Assembly: GCF_009914755.1 (NCBI RefSeq)
Contig: NC_060928.1
Length of the DNA: 64,000 nucleotides
DNA from: the human T2T-CHM13v2.0 reference genome, Homo sapiens
Reading direction: 5' to 3' (one strand)
Below the pieces are notes generated by a model that was not told where the DNA came from, ran no database searches, and was given only the letters and a program-made list of their open reading frames with translations. The number at the start of each line of letters is the position of its first letter. Positions within the stretch are counted from its first letter, which is position 1. Shown here piece after piece: positions 38,867 to 54,511 of the stretch. Made by a program: the position numbers and the translations under genes.

Positions 38867-39382
38867 GAAATATTCCTCTTCGCTGGATTCTTTTGAGCAT
38901 TCTACCATTCTAGCCTAGCCCCTACTCCAGAATTAGGAGGGCATTGACCCCCAACAGGTATTTCTCCCCTTGACCCCCTGGAAGTACCTCTCCTGAATCC
39001 ATCTGTATTACTTGCATCAGGAGTTTCAATTACTTGAGCCCATCACAGCCTAACAAAAAATAATCAAAAACATACAATCCAAGCACTACTTGTTACAATT
39101 ATATTAGATATTTACTTCACCCTCCTACAAGTCTCAGAATACTTCAAAGCTCTCTTTGCTATTTCTGATGGTATTTATGGCTCAACATTTTTTTATAGCT
39201 ACAGGCTTTCACAGAATTCACGTCATTATTGGATCAACATTCCTCAGTCTGCCTTCTCCGCCAATTAAAATACCACTTTACATCTAGTCATCACTTTGCC
39301 TTTGAAGCCGCTGCCTGATATCGACACTTTGTAGATGTAGTATGACTATTCTTGTATGTTTCTATTTATTGATGAGGATCTT
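38863..39382 (+). pseudogene. NUMT: mitochondrial COX3 3' two-thirds (MTCO3 pseudogene)
   Basis: 'ttcgctggattcttttgagcattctaccattctagcctagcccctactcc..ttaggagggcattgacccccaacagg' and 'cactttgcctttgaagccgctgcctgata..cactttgtagatgtagtatgacta', ending 'tattgatgaggatctt'. TGA stands in Trp positions. Confidence 0.95.
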
Positions 39383-39443
39383 ACTCTTTTAGTATAAATA
39401 GTACCATGATTTCCAAAGTTTTGATAGCATCCGAAAAACAGTA
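39383..39443 (+). pseudogene. NUMT: mt-tRNA-Gly pseudogene (anticodon arm partly deleted)
   Basis: Starts 'actcttttagtataaatagtacc', lies between COX3 and ND3 as in vertebrate mtDNA, and retains TCC. Confidence 0.88.
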
Positions 39444-39773
39444 ATTCACCTAACATTAACCCTAGTAATCAACACCCTATTAGCCCTGTTACTAATAATT
39501 ATTACATTTTGGCTCCCACAACTTAATATATATATGTAGAGAGAGAGAAAAATATATATATATATGTATAAAATAAATATATATATATGTATAAAATAAA
39601 TATATATAGAAAAATCTAGCCCTTATGAATGCAGATTTGACCCTCTATCCTCTGCCCACATTCCCTTCTCCATAAAATTCTTTCTAGTAGCCATCACATT
39701 TCCCCTATTTGAGTTAGAACTCGCCCTACTACTACCCTTACTGTGAGCCCTTCAAACAATCTGATACTAATAA
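39444..39773 (+). pseudogene. NUMT: mitochondrial ND3 5' part (MTND3 pseudogene), interrupted by an AT-rich expansion
   Basis: 'aatcaacaccctattagccctgttactaataattattacattttgg', 'agaaaaatctagcccttatgaatgc.gatttgaccct' (EKS.PYEC.FDP) and 'ccataaaattctttctagtagccatcacatt'. Confidence 0.95.
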
Positions 39774-39774
39774 T

Positions 39775-42700
39775 CCCTGCGATATGTGTAGTGACTTCAT
39801 ACTTCACCCCCCCCCCCGGATATTACGGCCAATATCAGAGTGGAGTGTGCACCCCCTGCAATATGGGGAGTGATATCATCCTCTCCCCACTGGATGTTAT
39901 GGACAATATCACAGGAGGTTTACTTTCTCTGGGTTATGGGGAAAAATATCCTCCTGTCCCCGCCTGGATGTTAGACATATTTAGAGGGGGGTGTCCACCC
40001 CCTGTGATATGGGGAGTAGTAATATCCTCTCCTGCCCTGGATGTTATGGACAATATATAGGGAGATATACAATCCCTTCGATATGGGGAGTAATATCATC
40101 CTCTTCCCCCTAAACGTTACGAACAGTATCACAGGGGGGTGTACACCCCCTGCAATATCTGGAGTAGTATCATCCCCTTCTTCCCTAAATGTTACAGAGA
40201 CTATCACAGGGGTGTGTACACCTTCTGAAACATGGGAATAATATTCTCTTCCCCTCTGGATGTTATTATGGACAACATTACAGCCGTGTGCACCCTCTAT
40301 GATATGCAGAGTAATATCATCCTCTCCCCCCCGGATGTAAGTGACAATACCACAAACGGGTTTACATCCCCCGTGATATGGGGAGTAATATCATCCTCTT
40401 TCCCACTGGATATTAACAATATCACTTGGGGTGTACAACCCCTGTGATATTCTGGATAATATCTTCTAATCCACTGAAAATTATAAACAATATCACCAGT
40501 GTACACTCCCTGTGATATTGGAAGTAATATCATCCTCTAATCCCCTAAAAATTATGAACAGTATCACAGGGGAGTGTATACTTCCTACTATATTGGGAGT
40601 AATATCATCCTGTCGTCTTCTAAATATTATGAACAATATTACAGGGGATGTAACACTCCCTGCGATATGTGGAGTAATATCATCCTCTCCTTCCCTAAAT
40701 ATTGTGAACAATATCACAGGAGGTTGTACACAATCTGCGATATTGTTTGTAGTATCCAGTGGGAAAGAGGATGCTATTACTCCCCATATCACAGGGGGTG
40801 TACACCCCCACTGTGATATATTCAATAACATCCAGAAGTAATATTACTGACAAAATTGCAGGGGGTGTAAACCCCACCTGTGATAACGTTCCTAATATCC
40901 CTGGGAAGAGAGGATGATATTATTCCCAATATTGCAGGGAGTGTACACCCACCCTATGATATTGTTATTAATACCCAGGAGGGGAGACAATGGTATTACT
41001 CACAGTATCAAAGAGGTTGTACAGCCCCCCTGTGATAGTTTCTAATATCCAGGGGGTGTATACCACCCTTGTGATATTGTTTCTAATATGTAGGGGGAAG
41101 GACAATGATATTACTGTCCGTATCACAGGGTGTGTACAACAAGCCCCCCGGGATATCATTCCTAATATCCATGGGAAGAAAGAATATTATAATATCACAG
41201 AAGTTGTACACCCCCTCTGTGATATTGTTCCTAATATCAAAGACAGAAGGGTATGATGTTCTTCCCAAAATCACAGGAAGTGTATACACACCCTGTGCTA
41301 TTTTTCCTAATATCGAGAGTGAGAGACAATGATACTTCCAATATCGTAAGGTGTGTACACTCTCCCCGTGATACCAGGTGGGGAAATGTTGATATTACTC
41401 CAAATGTCACAGTGGGTGTACACACGTTTTGCGATATTGTTCCTAACAGCAAGTGGGGAGGAGGATTGTATTACTCCCACCATATTACTCCCCACACCCC
41501 ATTATACTGTTCTTAATATCCAGATTTGGAGAGGATGATATTACTCCCAAAATCTCAGGAGGTGTAGACCCCTTCTGTGATACTGTTTCTTATATCCAGG
41601 GGAAGACTAGATGATAGTACTCCCAACAGTGCAGGGTGTTACACGCCACCCCCCATGATATTGTCTCTAATATCAAGTTGGGGAGAGGGTGATATTGCTC
41701 CAAATAGTGTAAAGGGTGCACACCAGCACTGTGATATTATTCCTAGTATCCAGAGAAGGAGAGAATGGTATTATTTTTAATATCACAGAGGGTGCACACC
41801 CCCCTTGTGATACTGCTCCTAACATCCAAGGGGTAGAGGATGAAATTACTCCCAATATCACAGTGGGTATACACCCCCCGTGGTATTGTTCCTAATATCC
41901 AGGGGGTATAGGATGATAGTACTATAAATATCGCAAGGGGTGTACACCCCTTCTGATATTGTTACTAATATCCGTGGGGGGAGTCGATGATATTACTTCC
42001 AATATCACAGGGCATGTACACCCCCCTTGTGATATCGTTCCTAATATCCATGGGGGAAAAGGATGATATTACTCTAAATGTCGCAGGAGGTGTAAACCGC
42101 CCCTGTGATATTGTTCTCAATATCCATGGGGGGAGAGAATGATATTACTCCCAATATCACAGGTGGTGTACACCCCTCCTGTTATATTATTCCTAATATC
42201 CAGGTTGGGAGAGAATAATATTACAGGTAAAATAGCAGGGGGTGTACACTCCGCCTGTGATATTGTTCCTAATATCTCGGGGAAGAGTGGACAATATTAC
42301 TCTCAATATCGCAGGATGTGTACACCCCCTTTGTGATATTGTTCCTAATATCCATAGGGGGAGAGGGTGATACCACTCCCAATAATGCAGAAAAGGTACA
42401 GCCCCGCTGTGATATCATTCCTAATATCCAGAGGGGACAGGATGATATTACTCCCAATATCACAGAGGGCATACACTCCCTCCCCATGATATTGTTCATA
42501 ATACCCAGGGGATAGAGGATGATATTACTCCCAATATCGCAGTGGGTGTACAACCACCCTGTGATATTGTTCCTAATATCCATGTGGAAAGGGTATAAAG
42601 TTACTCCCAATATCACAGGGGTTGTACAACCCCCTTGTGATATTGTTCCTTATATTCGGGGGAGAGACAATGATATAGCTGTCCATATTGCAGGTGGTGT

Positions 42701-43485
42701 ACAACCCCCTGGGAATTTGTTCCTAATATTCAGTGGGGAAGATGATATTAATTAAAATGTCACGGGGGGTATACAACCCCTTTGTGATATTATTCCTAAT
42801 ATCCAGGGAAAGAAAGAATATTATTCCCAATATCGCAGGGGATGTACACCCCTCTCTGATACTCTTTCTAATATCCCTGGGGGGAGTCTATAATATTACT
42901 GGCAATATCATAAGGAGTGTATACCCCCCGTTATATTGTTCCTTATGTCCAGCAAGGGAGAAAATATTAATCCCAATATGGAACAGGGTGTAGACACCCA
43001 TGAGTTATTGTTCCTAATATCCAGGGAGGGAAAGGATGATATTACTCCCAATGTTGCAGTGGTGTATAACCTCCCGTGATATTGTTCCTAATATCTAGGT
43101 GGGGAAAGTACAGTATTACTCCCAATATAGCAGGGGTTGTACACCACCTTTGTGATATTGTTCTACATATCCATGGGGAAAGAAAATGATAGTACTCCCC
43201 AATATCACAGGTGGTGTACAACCCCTTGTGATACTGTTTCTAATATCCATGTTGGGGGAGGATATTATTCCCAATATTGCACGTGTTGCACAGACCCCCT
43301 TTGATATTGCTTGTACTATGCAGGGTGTGGGGGGAGAGGATGATATTGGGAGTAATATCACCCTCTCTCCCCGGATATTAAAAGCAACATTCAGGGTGGT
43401 CGACACTTCCTGCAATATTGAGTATAATATCCTCTCCCAACCTGGATATTAGGAACAATATCACAGGGGCATGTACACTCCCTTC
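39775..43485. repeat. SATR1/SATR2-type satellite, ~75 bp unit, roughly 49 diverged copies, with two orientation switches
   Basis: Unit GGGGTGTACACCCCCCTGTGATATTGTTCCTAATATCCAGGGGGGAGAGGATGATATTACTCCCAATATCACA. 'gtacac' recurs at ~41942, 42016, 42168, 42244 and 42320. The family name is from memory. Confidence 0.9.
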
Positions 43486-45517
43486 CTTTCACCATATACA
43501 AAAATCAACTCAAGATGGATGAAGGACTTATGTAAGACCCAAAACTATATAAACCCTAGAAGAAAACTTAGGAAATATCATTCTGGACATAGGCGCAGGC
43601 AAATATTTCATGATGAAGATTCCAAAAGCAATTGCAACAAGAAGAATTGACGAGTGGGACCTAATGAAACTAAAGAGCTTCAGCACAGCAAAAGAAACTA
43701 TCAACAGAGAACACCCTACAGAACAGAAGAAAATATTTTCAAATTACATATCTGAAAAAGGTCTAATACTTAGCATGTATAAAGAATCAATAAGCAAAAA
43801 ACAAACCCACTACAAATAGGCAAAGAACATGAACCCCCACATCCACCATCCTCAAGTCCATGTGCAACTTCTTTCTGGATGCTGGACAAGGACTTGGGTA
43901 CCAAGAGGGCACTGAACGGGTTAACACTTAAGCCGTCTGTGGATTCTTTTTTCAAAAGACAACGTATGTATGGCAAACAACCATATGAAAAAATACTCAA
44001 CATCACTAATCATCAGAAAATCAGAACCATGAGATACCATATCACACCGGTCAGAATGGCTATAATTAAAAAATCAAAACATAACAGACGGTGCCGAGTT
44101 TGTGGAAAAAAGGGAATGCTTATACACTGCTGGTGGTGATATAGAAAGGAGACAGGGAAATGCTGGGTAGAAGAGAGTGGTTCCCTGGCAAAGCCCTGCC
44201 CACAAGCCTGGAAACCCATGGCCCTAAATGGGAACAGGCATTCCTGCTTTTGCACCCAAAAGTTGTCTTTCAGCTCACCATGCACCCCCTGTCCTGTACC
44301 CATATATGCCCCAGACCCCAGGCTCCAGAAGCAGACAAGCAGATGAGGAGATGAACAGAAGAGCAGAATTGCAGAATGATGTGGCAGAAAGAAGAGAAGG
44401 AGCATCTGAATGCCAAGAGGAGTTTGGCTGGCAGTGGTTGGAGAGATCAGCCTCTGGATGGCAAAGCTCCCGGGGAAGATCATCTTCCCATTCCATCCCC
44501 TTTCCAGCTTCCCATCCATCCCATTGAGTGCCACCTCCACCACTCAATAAAACCCCCACATTCACCATCCTCAAGTCTGTGTGCAACTTAATTCTTTCTG
44601 GATGCTGGACAAGGAACTGGGTACCAAGAGCGCACTGAACAGGTTAACACTTAAGCTGTCTGTGGATGGCAAAGCTAAAAGAGTGCACTGTAACACATGC
44701 CCACTTGGGCTGTGGGAGTCGCAGGAACCCACCCCTAGACAGTACCATGGCCACTTGCCCTGCCTATTGCACCTGCCTGTCTGCATGCTTCCCTGCCCAG
44801 TAAGGGGTTTGACAGCACACACGGTGGCCAGACAAGCCACACCCCTGTTGCACATCCTGCCAAGGGGAGTCAGGGAAGTCTCCAGTTTCATCAGGAATGT
44901 AAATTTGTTCAGCCATTGTGGAAAGCAGTTTGGAGATTTCTGAAATAACTTAAAACAGAACTACCATTCAACCCAGCAATCCCATTATTGGGTATATACC
45001 CAAAGGAATATAAATCATTCTGTCATAGACATATGCACGCATATTTTCATTATAACACTATTCACAATAGCAAAGACACGGAATCAACTTAGATGCCTGT
45101 TAACAGAAGACTGGATTAAAAAAATGCAGCGTACATACACCATGGAATACTACACACCTATAAAATAGGATGAAATAATGTCTTTTGCAGCAACATGAAT
45201 GGAGCTGGATACCATTATTCTAAGTGAATTAATGCAGGAACAGAAAACCAAACAAACACTGCATGTTCTCACTTATAAGTGGGGGCTAAACATTGAGTCC
45301 ACATGGACACAGAGAAGGGAACAATAGACACAAGGTCTACTGTGGGTGGAGGGTGGGGGTAGAGTGAGGATCAAAAAACTCCCTATTAGATACTACGTTC
45401 ACTACCTGGATGACTACGTAATCTGTACACCAAATCCCATTGACACACATTTTACCCACATAATAAACCTGCACATGTACCCGCTGAACCTAAAATAAAT
45501 GTTGGAAGGAAATAAAG
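43486..45517 (+). mobile_element. LINE-1 3' part (L1PA13-16-like), interrupted by a solo LTR and a duplicated LTR piece
   Basis: ORF2 C-terminal text ([27 protein letters not shown]) and a 3'UTR ending 'cctgcacatgtacccgctgaacctaaaataaa'. Confidence 0.9.
44137..44890 (+). mobile_element. Solo ERV1 LTR (LTR1/LTR27-28-like)
   Basis: TG...CA termini ('tgatatagaaaggagacagggaaatgctgggtagaag' to 'cagggaagtctccagtttca'), internal AATAAA near 44546, inserted within L1 'ggtgg|gaatgtaaa'. Confidence 0.82.
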
Positions 45518-47351
45518 TTACAACCAACTCTTGTACTATTGTGAGGAAACAATCATATGTGTTGACAAAAAAATCAGCTACTAATAGATTTATAATAGTA
45601 TATATGTAGCAGAAAAATATCAGATATAACTTATATACCCAAAAGTATGACTTAAAAACAGCATGACAATCTTTATGATGGGATATTGTGCAACTACTAG
45701 AAGCACATTTTCAGAGATTATTTATTAACATATGATAATGACTACATTGAGTGGTTTTTAGAAGCATGAATTGAAACCATGTATAAGCATGACTTTATTG
45801 AACTTAAATATAACATTACACACACATTTACATAATTATAAAATAAGTATGCTCATGTTCATAATATGTATTTATTTATATTCATATGTAAGGCCAATAG
45901 GAAGTAATCTCTGTATCTGAGTTATTATTTCATAAATAATTTATGCTTGTTCTGTGAAAATAAAAACACTGCTATGGATCTTCCAAGTATCCTGAAAGGA
46001 TACCGTTTATAATTAAACAATAACAATTTTAGAAATAATTATTTTAAATAAGGCTATGATAAATCTGGTTTCATTGCACACTTTAACTTTGGAACATTTC
46101 ATGAAACGTCCCTTGATCACGACTCTCATATTCAGGAGTTTTTTGAGATCAAAATGGGACAATCAGTATGAATCTATTTTTTAGACATGCAAATGGATAA
46201 CTTTAAATAGCAGTAGCGATATAATCAGAGTGCACAGTTGCTCTGGGACAAAACTTGGAAATGAGCATATTTTTAGATTCTTAATGTTTTACACACTTTA
46301 GCATTCCACAGCACCATTACATACTCATTTTTCTACTAGAATACCTTGGTAAAAATTCACAGTAGAGATCAGGCTTGTCCTTCATACATTAACTAATCAA
46401 GTAGGAAAGTGCAAATGAGAACACAGTGCCAAACATAGGCACCACATGGAAACAAGCATGGAACTGCCAGGAAGCCATTTTTGTAGATTTGTAGCCCAAT
46501 TATATTTTTCCTAATGTATTGCACACAAAACTTGGGGGAAAAAAAAGAGGCAGAGAGAAAACAGGTTATATCAGCCCTATCTCACAATCCACAAGTTCAT
46601 CCTGTTAGAGGAGTAACTATGTAAAACAAATTTTATCTGTTGAATGTCCTATTTAGTTAATCGCAAAACTGTATGAGAACACACTTGTGACTTATTTAGC
46701 AGCTTGTTTGTTCGCTTTCCACTGGCTTCACAAATGTCCTTTGGAAATAGAATGTACATTTGGAACCTTGTACACCTTTTCTTTCTCCAGTACCCTCTTG
46801 TCACTTCCATCACTAAGGTGACAGAAGCAACTAGGGGCAATGCATTTGTAGCACACCTGGGTCAGAGGTATCCTCCAGGGGAAGGATCAGACCTGCTTGA
46901 AAGCATGTCGTTGGAATTGGGAGGCTTCTAGTAGCTATAACATAAGCACTGATGTTTACTCTTCCCTGCCCTCCACTTTGATCACTCTGGGAAACGTTTT
47001 TTTTTCTTAAAAAATCAATTGTATTGAAAGATAATTTACATAAAATAAATACTATTTTAAAGTGCACAGTTTGCTGAGTTTTGCCAGATGTAACCATCCA
47101 GGTGAATAAAATTGATTAAACTGATCTTTCAAATAATAAATTAACTTTGCAATCTTGCTAGAAATTTAATTTGTTCACAGTTTATTATCCATTCTATGTA
47201 CTGCTACATTCAATTGGTTATTATGTTTTAAGGACTTTTGAGTCTATGTTTATGAGGGATAAACATCAAAGTTGTATAATGCCTTTGTCTCGATTTGGAA
47301 TCGGCAATACTGGGTTCATAAAATAAGATAGGAAATGTCCCTTTAAATTTT

Positions 47352-47661
<310 letters not shown>

Positions 47662-47706
47662 CTTAAATTCTATTTCTTAAAAAGAGTCCGTTCAAGATTG
47701 ATGTTA

Positions 47707-48052
47707 TAGATACTCCTCAACTTACAATTGTTTTATGTCTTAATGAACTCATCCTAAATTGAAAATATTGTAAGTCTAAAACGCATTTAATATATTTAAC
47801 CTACTGAATATCATGACTTAGCCTCGCCTACCTTAAACTTGCTCAGAACACTTACATTATCCTACAATTGGGCAAAATCATCTACCACAAGGCCCATTTT
47901 AAAATATTGAGTTTCTCATGAAATTTATTGAAAACTATACTGATAGTGAAAAACTGGTCATATTGATGCTCATCATTAACGTACACAGATGAAAGCACCA
48001 TTATCAAGTAAGAAGAGCACAAGTCAAACCACTGTAAGTTGAGGACTCTCTG
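47707..48052 (+). mobile_element. MER47A-like Tigger DNA-transposon derivative
   Basis: Terminal inverted repeats 'agatactcctcaacttaca' and 'tgtaagttgaggactctctg', TA flanks, and internal 'cttagcctcgcctaccttaaacttgctcagaacacttacatt'. Confidence 0.85.
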
Positions 48053-49320
48053 TACTTTCTTAAATGTTTGATAGAATTCACCTGAGAAAGCATGTAGCCT
48101 GTAATTATAGAAATCTTTTTAAATTAAAAAAATTCTTCAATACATAGAGAAGCTATTACTTTTTCTATTTCATTTTGCATTAGTTTTAAGAATTAGTTTT
48201 ACAAATAATTTCCCATGTTATTTTAATTGTCAAATGTATTGGCCTAAAGTTTTCATAATTATATTGATGTCTGTAGGTTCTGTAGTTACATCCTCTATTT
48301 AATTCCCATTATCTACATTATGTAGCTTCTCTAATTTTTTTCGAGATAAATCTTGCTAGCCATTGTTTATTAAAAAAATTTTTTTCAAAGAACCAATTTG
48401 TGGGTATATTAATTAGCTCCACCTTTTGTTATTTGCTATGTTGTTGGTTTACATTTTTATCTTTATCATCTTCCTTCTTCTTAATTTGGATATACTTTGC
48501 TTATTTTTTAGCCTCTTAAAAAAGAACTTAAAGGTCATTGATTGAAGCCTTTTATTTTCAATATATTACATCTATAAATGTACCTTTAAGAAACGATTTA
48601 TCTGCATCCCACATTTTATTAAGTTTTTAAAAAATTTTATTTCAGTTTAAACTATTTTTTTTGTGTGTGAAACTTTTCTTGGCCAATGGGTTTTTCTGAA
48701 GTATTTTGTTTAATGTTCAAATGTTGGGGTGTTATTGTACATATCCTACTGTTGTCCATCTCTGGTTCATGATACAATGCATGTTCTCCATTGCACTTAG
48801 ATAACATGCCTCCATGTCTCTGGAGAATTCCTCAGTCTTTCTAAAATGCTTTTGATGAATACTGGCCGTTATTTTGTAGAATGTCCTGCCTCAATTTCAG
48901 TTAGTCTGATGTTTTCTCACGGTTAGGACTAAAGTTATACATTTTGTCTAAGAATACCATAGAATTGATGTTTTGTCCTACTCAGTGCATCATATAAGAA
49001 ATTACATGAAGTTCATTTATCTTATTATTAGTAATGTTAACTATGATCACTTGGCTAAGTTGACATCTCCACTTTGAAGTTACTATTCTATAATTATCTT
49101 GTGGGAAGATACTTTCATATTATGCAAATATGTTCTTTCCCAACATATATTCACCACTAATCTTAGCATTCCTCCAAGGTTCTTTCTTGCAACAATTATT
49201 ACTATGATATTTGCAAAGTGATGATTCTTATATTTTATGTCTCCTACATTTAATGAAATCTTACTGTAATAAAATACTACCCACTCTCAATCTTTGGTTT
49301 ATTATTTATGTCAATATGGA

Positions 49321-49615
49321 TTTTTTTTTTGAGTTGGAGTCTTGTTTTGTCATCCAGGCTGGTGTGCAATGGTGCGATTTCCGCTCACTGCACTTCCACC
49401 TTCCGGGATTCAAGCCATTCTCCTGCCTCAGCCTCCGGAGTAGCTGGGACTACAGTCATGTGCCACCATGCCCGGCTAATTTTTGTATTTTCAGTAGAGG
49501 CAGGGATTCACCACATTGGTCAGGCTGGTCTTGAACTCCTGACCTCAAGTGATCTGCCCGCCTCTGCCTCCCAAAGGGCTGGGAATACAGGCATGAGCAA
49601 CTGCACCTGGCCTGG
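49321..49615 (-). mobile_element. Alu
   Basis: Reverse-complement Alu. Confidence 0.92.
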
Positions 49616-50935
49616 ATTAATTGAAAATTTTCTCCTGTAGATTGTAATATATTATTATTGTTATCTATTTTATTGCCCCAATTTTCTCAAATTTGGCTAT
49701 GGAAGTTTATTCAAAGTGGATCTGTTTCCCTTTCACATTTTCCCCATTTTGTGAGCATTTCCTTACTTCCTAACATGACAAAATATTTCAAACTAATCTT
49801 GTATTTTCCCTGCCCAATCCTGATATCAAATATGTCCCCAAGGAGCCTTGGTTCCTTTAATTGGAGAATGGTGTTCTCATTGTTACTGGGATGATGTTGT
49901 TTCTAGGCCCTTTTGTTAGAGGAGCTAGAAAATATATGTATGTATACTCACACATTTATACACATCTGTACTTATTTATACAATTATCCATCTGTACGTA
50001 TACTAAAAACAATGATTTCATGAAACTTTTGATCCCAATCCAACACTAGATAAAGACTATATAGGCCCATTTATTTGCAAATCAGCACATAAACATAGAA
50101 GAATTATTAACAATATAAGCTGTAGCTTATGCTAAATGTTGGTTGGAACAGACAATAAGTTATGGAGAACTTCAGAGGACACTAAGGTTGGATGGGATTT
50201 TGGAAGTTGTACAGGTCAATGCCACTCCATCTATTGGCGAGTTTCACTAGGTTAATACATGAACAACAACAAAAATAACCTAGATCAGAAGTTAAAGGTC
50301 ATTTTATTGACTATCTGCCGTGTCTGTGCCATTGCAGTGTACTAGGTGCACTTACGAGTCCTCTACTTACAAACTGCTTTTCACAAAATATGAAACTCCA
50401 GGCAAAGGTTCAGACATATGACGTTTGTTTTTAAAATCTTTCTACAGCCTTGTATCCTTTTTCCTTTCCTTCCTTTTACCCTTTTTAAAATGTGTTATGA
50501 GTTTTATCTTAGACTAACATCATCTGTAATGTTGCTATACGCCAGTATTCAGTTGCTGTGTTTGATGAATCATAAAATGGTGTAAAACTTCAATTAATGT
50601 ACTTTTTAAATAAAGTATCTATGAATGCATCCAGCAAAATGTTTATGATTTGAGTATTCACACAATATTACTTTTCTCTGGATCTAACAATAATGTGAAA
50701 ACGCAAAATGAATATAAAATATTAGCTAATAATAGATTTCAAAGTATTGTACAAGTATGAAAAATATATGATATTGTTACTTTCATATATGTAAAACATT
50801 AATAATTTTTGTCAACATAAACATCATCTTTACACCTAAACTTGTATTAATTCAATTAAGAGTTAATATAGTATCCTAAAGTCATCAAATATTCAAAAAT
50901 AGGATGTATTCTGAGTTGGAATATACATAAAATTA

Positions 50936-51307
<372 letters not shown>

Positions 51308-51933
51308 CTAATAATCCTGAGTTTGGTTTTCTTGGTTTTATTTTTTCATTTAGTTTTGTTCACTTTGACCAGTGGGCTGGTGGTTCTTAGGTGCACCAAG
51401 GTTTTCATTTTTCAGTTCAAGATTTTAAAACCTTAATGTGGTAATTTCTCTAATTTTTTTGACAGTTACGTCCCAGGTTGCAAGTTAAAATAAAATTCCC
51501 ATTTTACTAAAGTCCTTGGTTTATTAATTATTTTATAATGACTTAATATATAATTTAATAAGTAATGAGGGGTACTACATTTCAGAAATCAACACTGAAG
51601 AACTTATTCATGGAACCAAACACCACCTGTTTCTCAAACACCTATTAAAATAAAAATACATATAAATAATTTCTAAAAATAAACACTAAAAATAAAGTGA
51701 AAATGAAAAAATATATATCCAGGTTAAAAAAAAAAACTACTTCAGTTAAACAATAAATACTTTTTGGGGGGACTCTACTGCAAAATTATTCGTTGTTTAT
51801 TATAATCAATAATACAGGTAAAAGAATAAGTTTTTAAAAATGGAAAAATTGTAAAAAATAAAACGATATTAACAAATATTGGTATACTGGTGAAGGCCGG
51901 GCTCAGTGGCTGCTTTCCAAAGTGGTTACACCA

Positions 51934-52227
51934 GTCGGGCATGGTGGCACACACCTGTAATCTCAGCACTTCCGGAAGCTGAAGCAGGCAGATCACTTGA
52001 GCTCAGGAGTTTGACACAAACCTGGGCTACATGACAACACCCCATTTCTACCAAAAACTGTAAAAATCAGCTGCACATGATAGCATGCACCTGTAAGTCC
52101 CAGCTACTTAGGAGGCTGAGGTGAGAGGATCACTTGTGCCTGGAAGGTCACAGCTGCACTGGCCATGTTCATGTCACTGCACTCCAGCCTGTGCAACAGA
52201 GCAAGATTTTGTCTCAAAAAAAAAAAG
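51934..52227 (+). mobile_element. Alu (J-type)
   Basis: Diverged Alu body with an A-tail. Confidence 0.88.
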
Positions 52228-52319
52228 TTGGTGACAATTGGAATAATTGGAACTCACATACATTACTGGTGGGAACATAAAATGGTGTAATCAATTTGGG
52301 TGTTTTCTTGGCATTTGAT

Positions 52320-52449
52320 TTTTTTAAAAAATCAAGACATTGTTTCCCTATGTTGCCCAGGGTTGTCCTGAACTCCTGAGCTAAGAAAATCCTCCAAACT
52401 CAGCGTCTCAAATACCTGAGATTAAAGGTGTGAGCCACTGTGCCTGACC
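52320..52449 (-). mobile_element. Alu monomer (FLAM-like) inside an old L1M fragment (~52230-52830)
   Basis: A single reverse Alu arm. The flanks contain L1M 3' motifs such as 'caaatgtccatcaactaatgaatggataaac'. Confidence 0.75.
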
Positions 52450-52837
52450 AGTGTAACCACTTTGAAAAACAACGTGGCAGTTTCTCAAAGACTAAATGTA
52501 TAGTAATCACATAATGCAACAATTTCACTCCTGAGTGTAAATCCAAGAGAAATAAAAATATATGTTCACACTAAAACTTACGTACGAGTGTTCATAGCAG
52601 CCTGACTCATGATGGTGAATACGCAAAAACAACACAAATGTCCATCAACTAATGAATGGATAAACATACGTACCCTATGAACATGGGGTACGTAGGAGGT
52701 AGTGGCTAAGAGGTGAGGGTTTCTCACTCATAAGTGGGTAACTCACAAGTGGGTAATCACTTCTAAGAAAGACTGTGGTGATGGATGCACAGCTCCTTGA
52801 ATATTCTAAAAACCACTCAATTGTATACTTTCTTTTT

Positions 52838-53185
<348 letters not shown>

Positions 53186-53206
53186 TAACGTTATTATTTT
53201 AAAAAT

Positions 53207-53992
<786 letters not shown>

Positions 53993-54136
53993 TCATGCAG
54001 TCGAAGGATGAATACTAAATCCAGTACAAACACCCATGGTCTTTCTTTACATGAATTCCATTGAAAAATTTCTAAGTGCCTAAAATAGCAAGCGGTCTGA
54101 AATGATGGCAGCAGTTTATTAAAGACTGAAAAAAGA

Positions 54137-54511
<375 letters not shown>

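Noticed and set aside
39383-39443. Functional tRNA-Gly
   Set aside because: It is a nuclear copy of a mitochondrial tRNA with part of the anticodon arm deleted.
39743-43452. Many overlapping ORFs with repeated VILFLIS or NITGGV motifs
   Set aside because: They are translations of the ~75 bp satellite on both strands.
39775-43485. CRISPR-like array (palindromic repeats at regular spacing)
   Set aside because: The intervening sequences are themselves repeats rather than unique spacers, there are no cas genes, and the context is primate DNA. It is a satellite.
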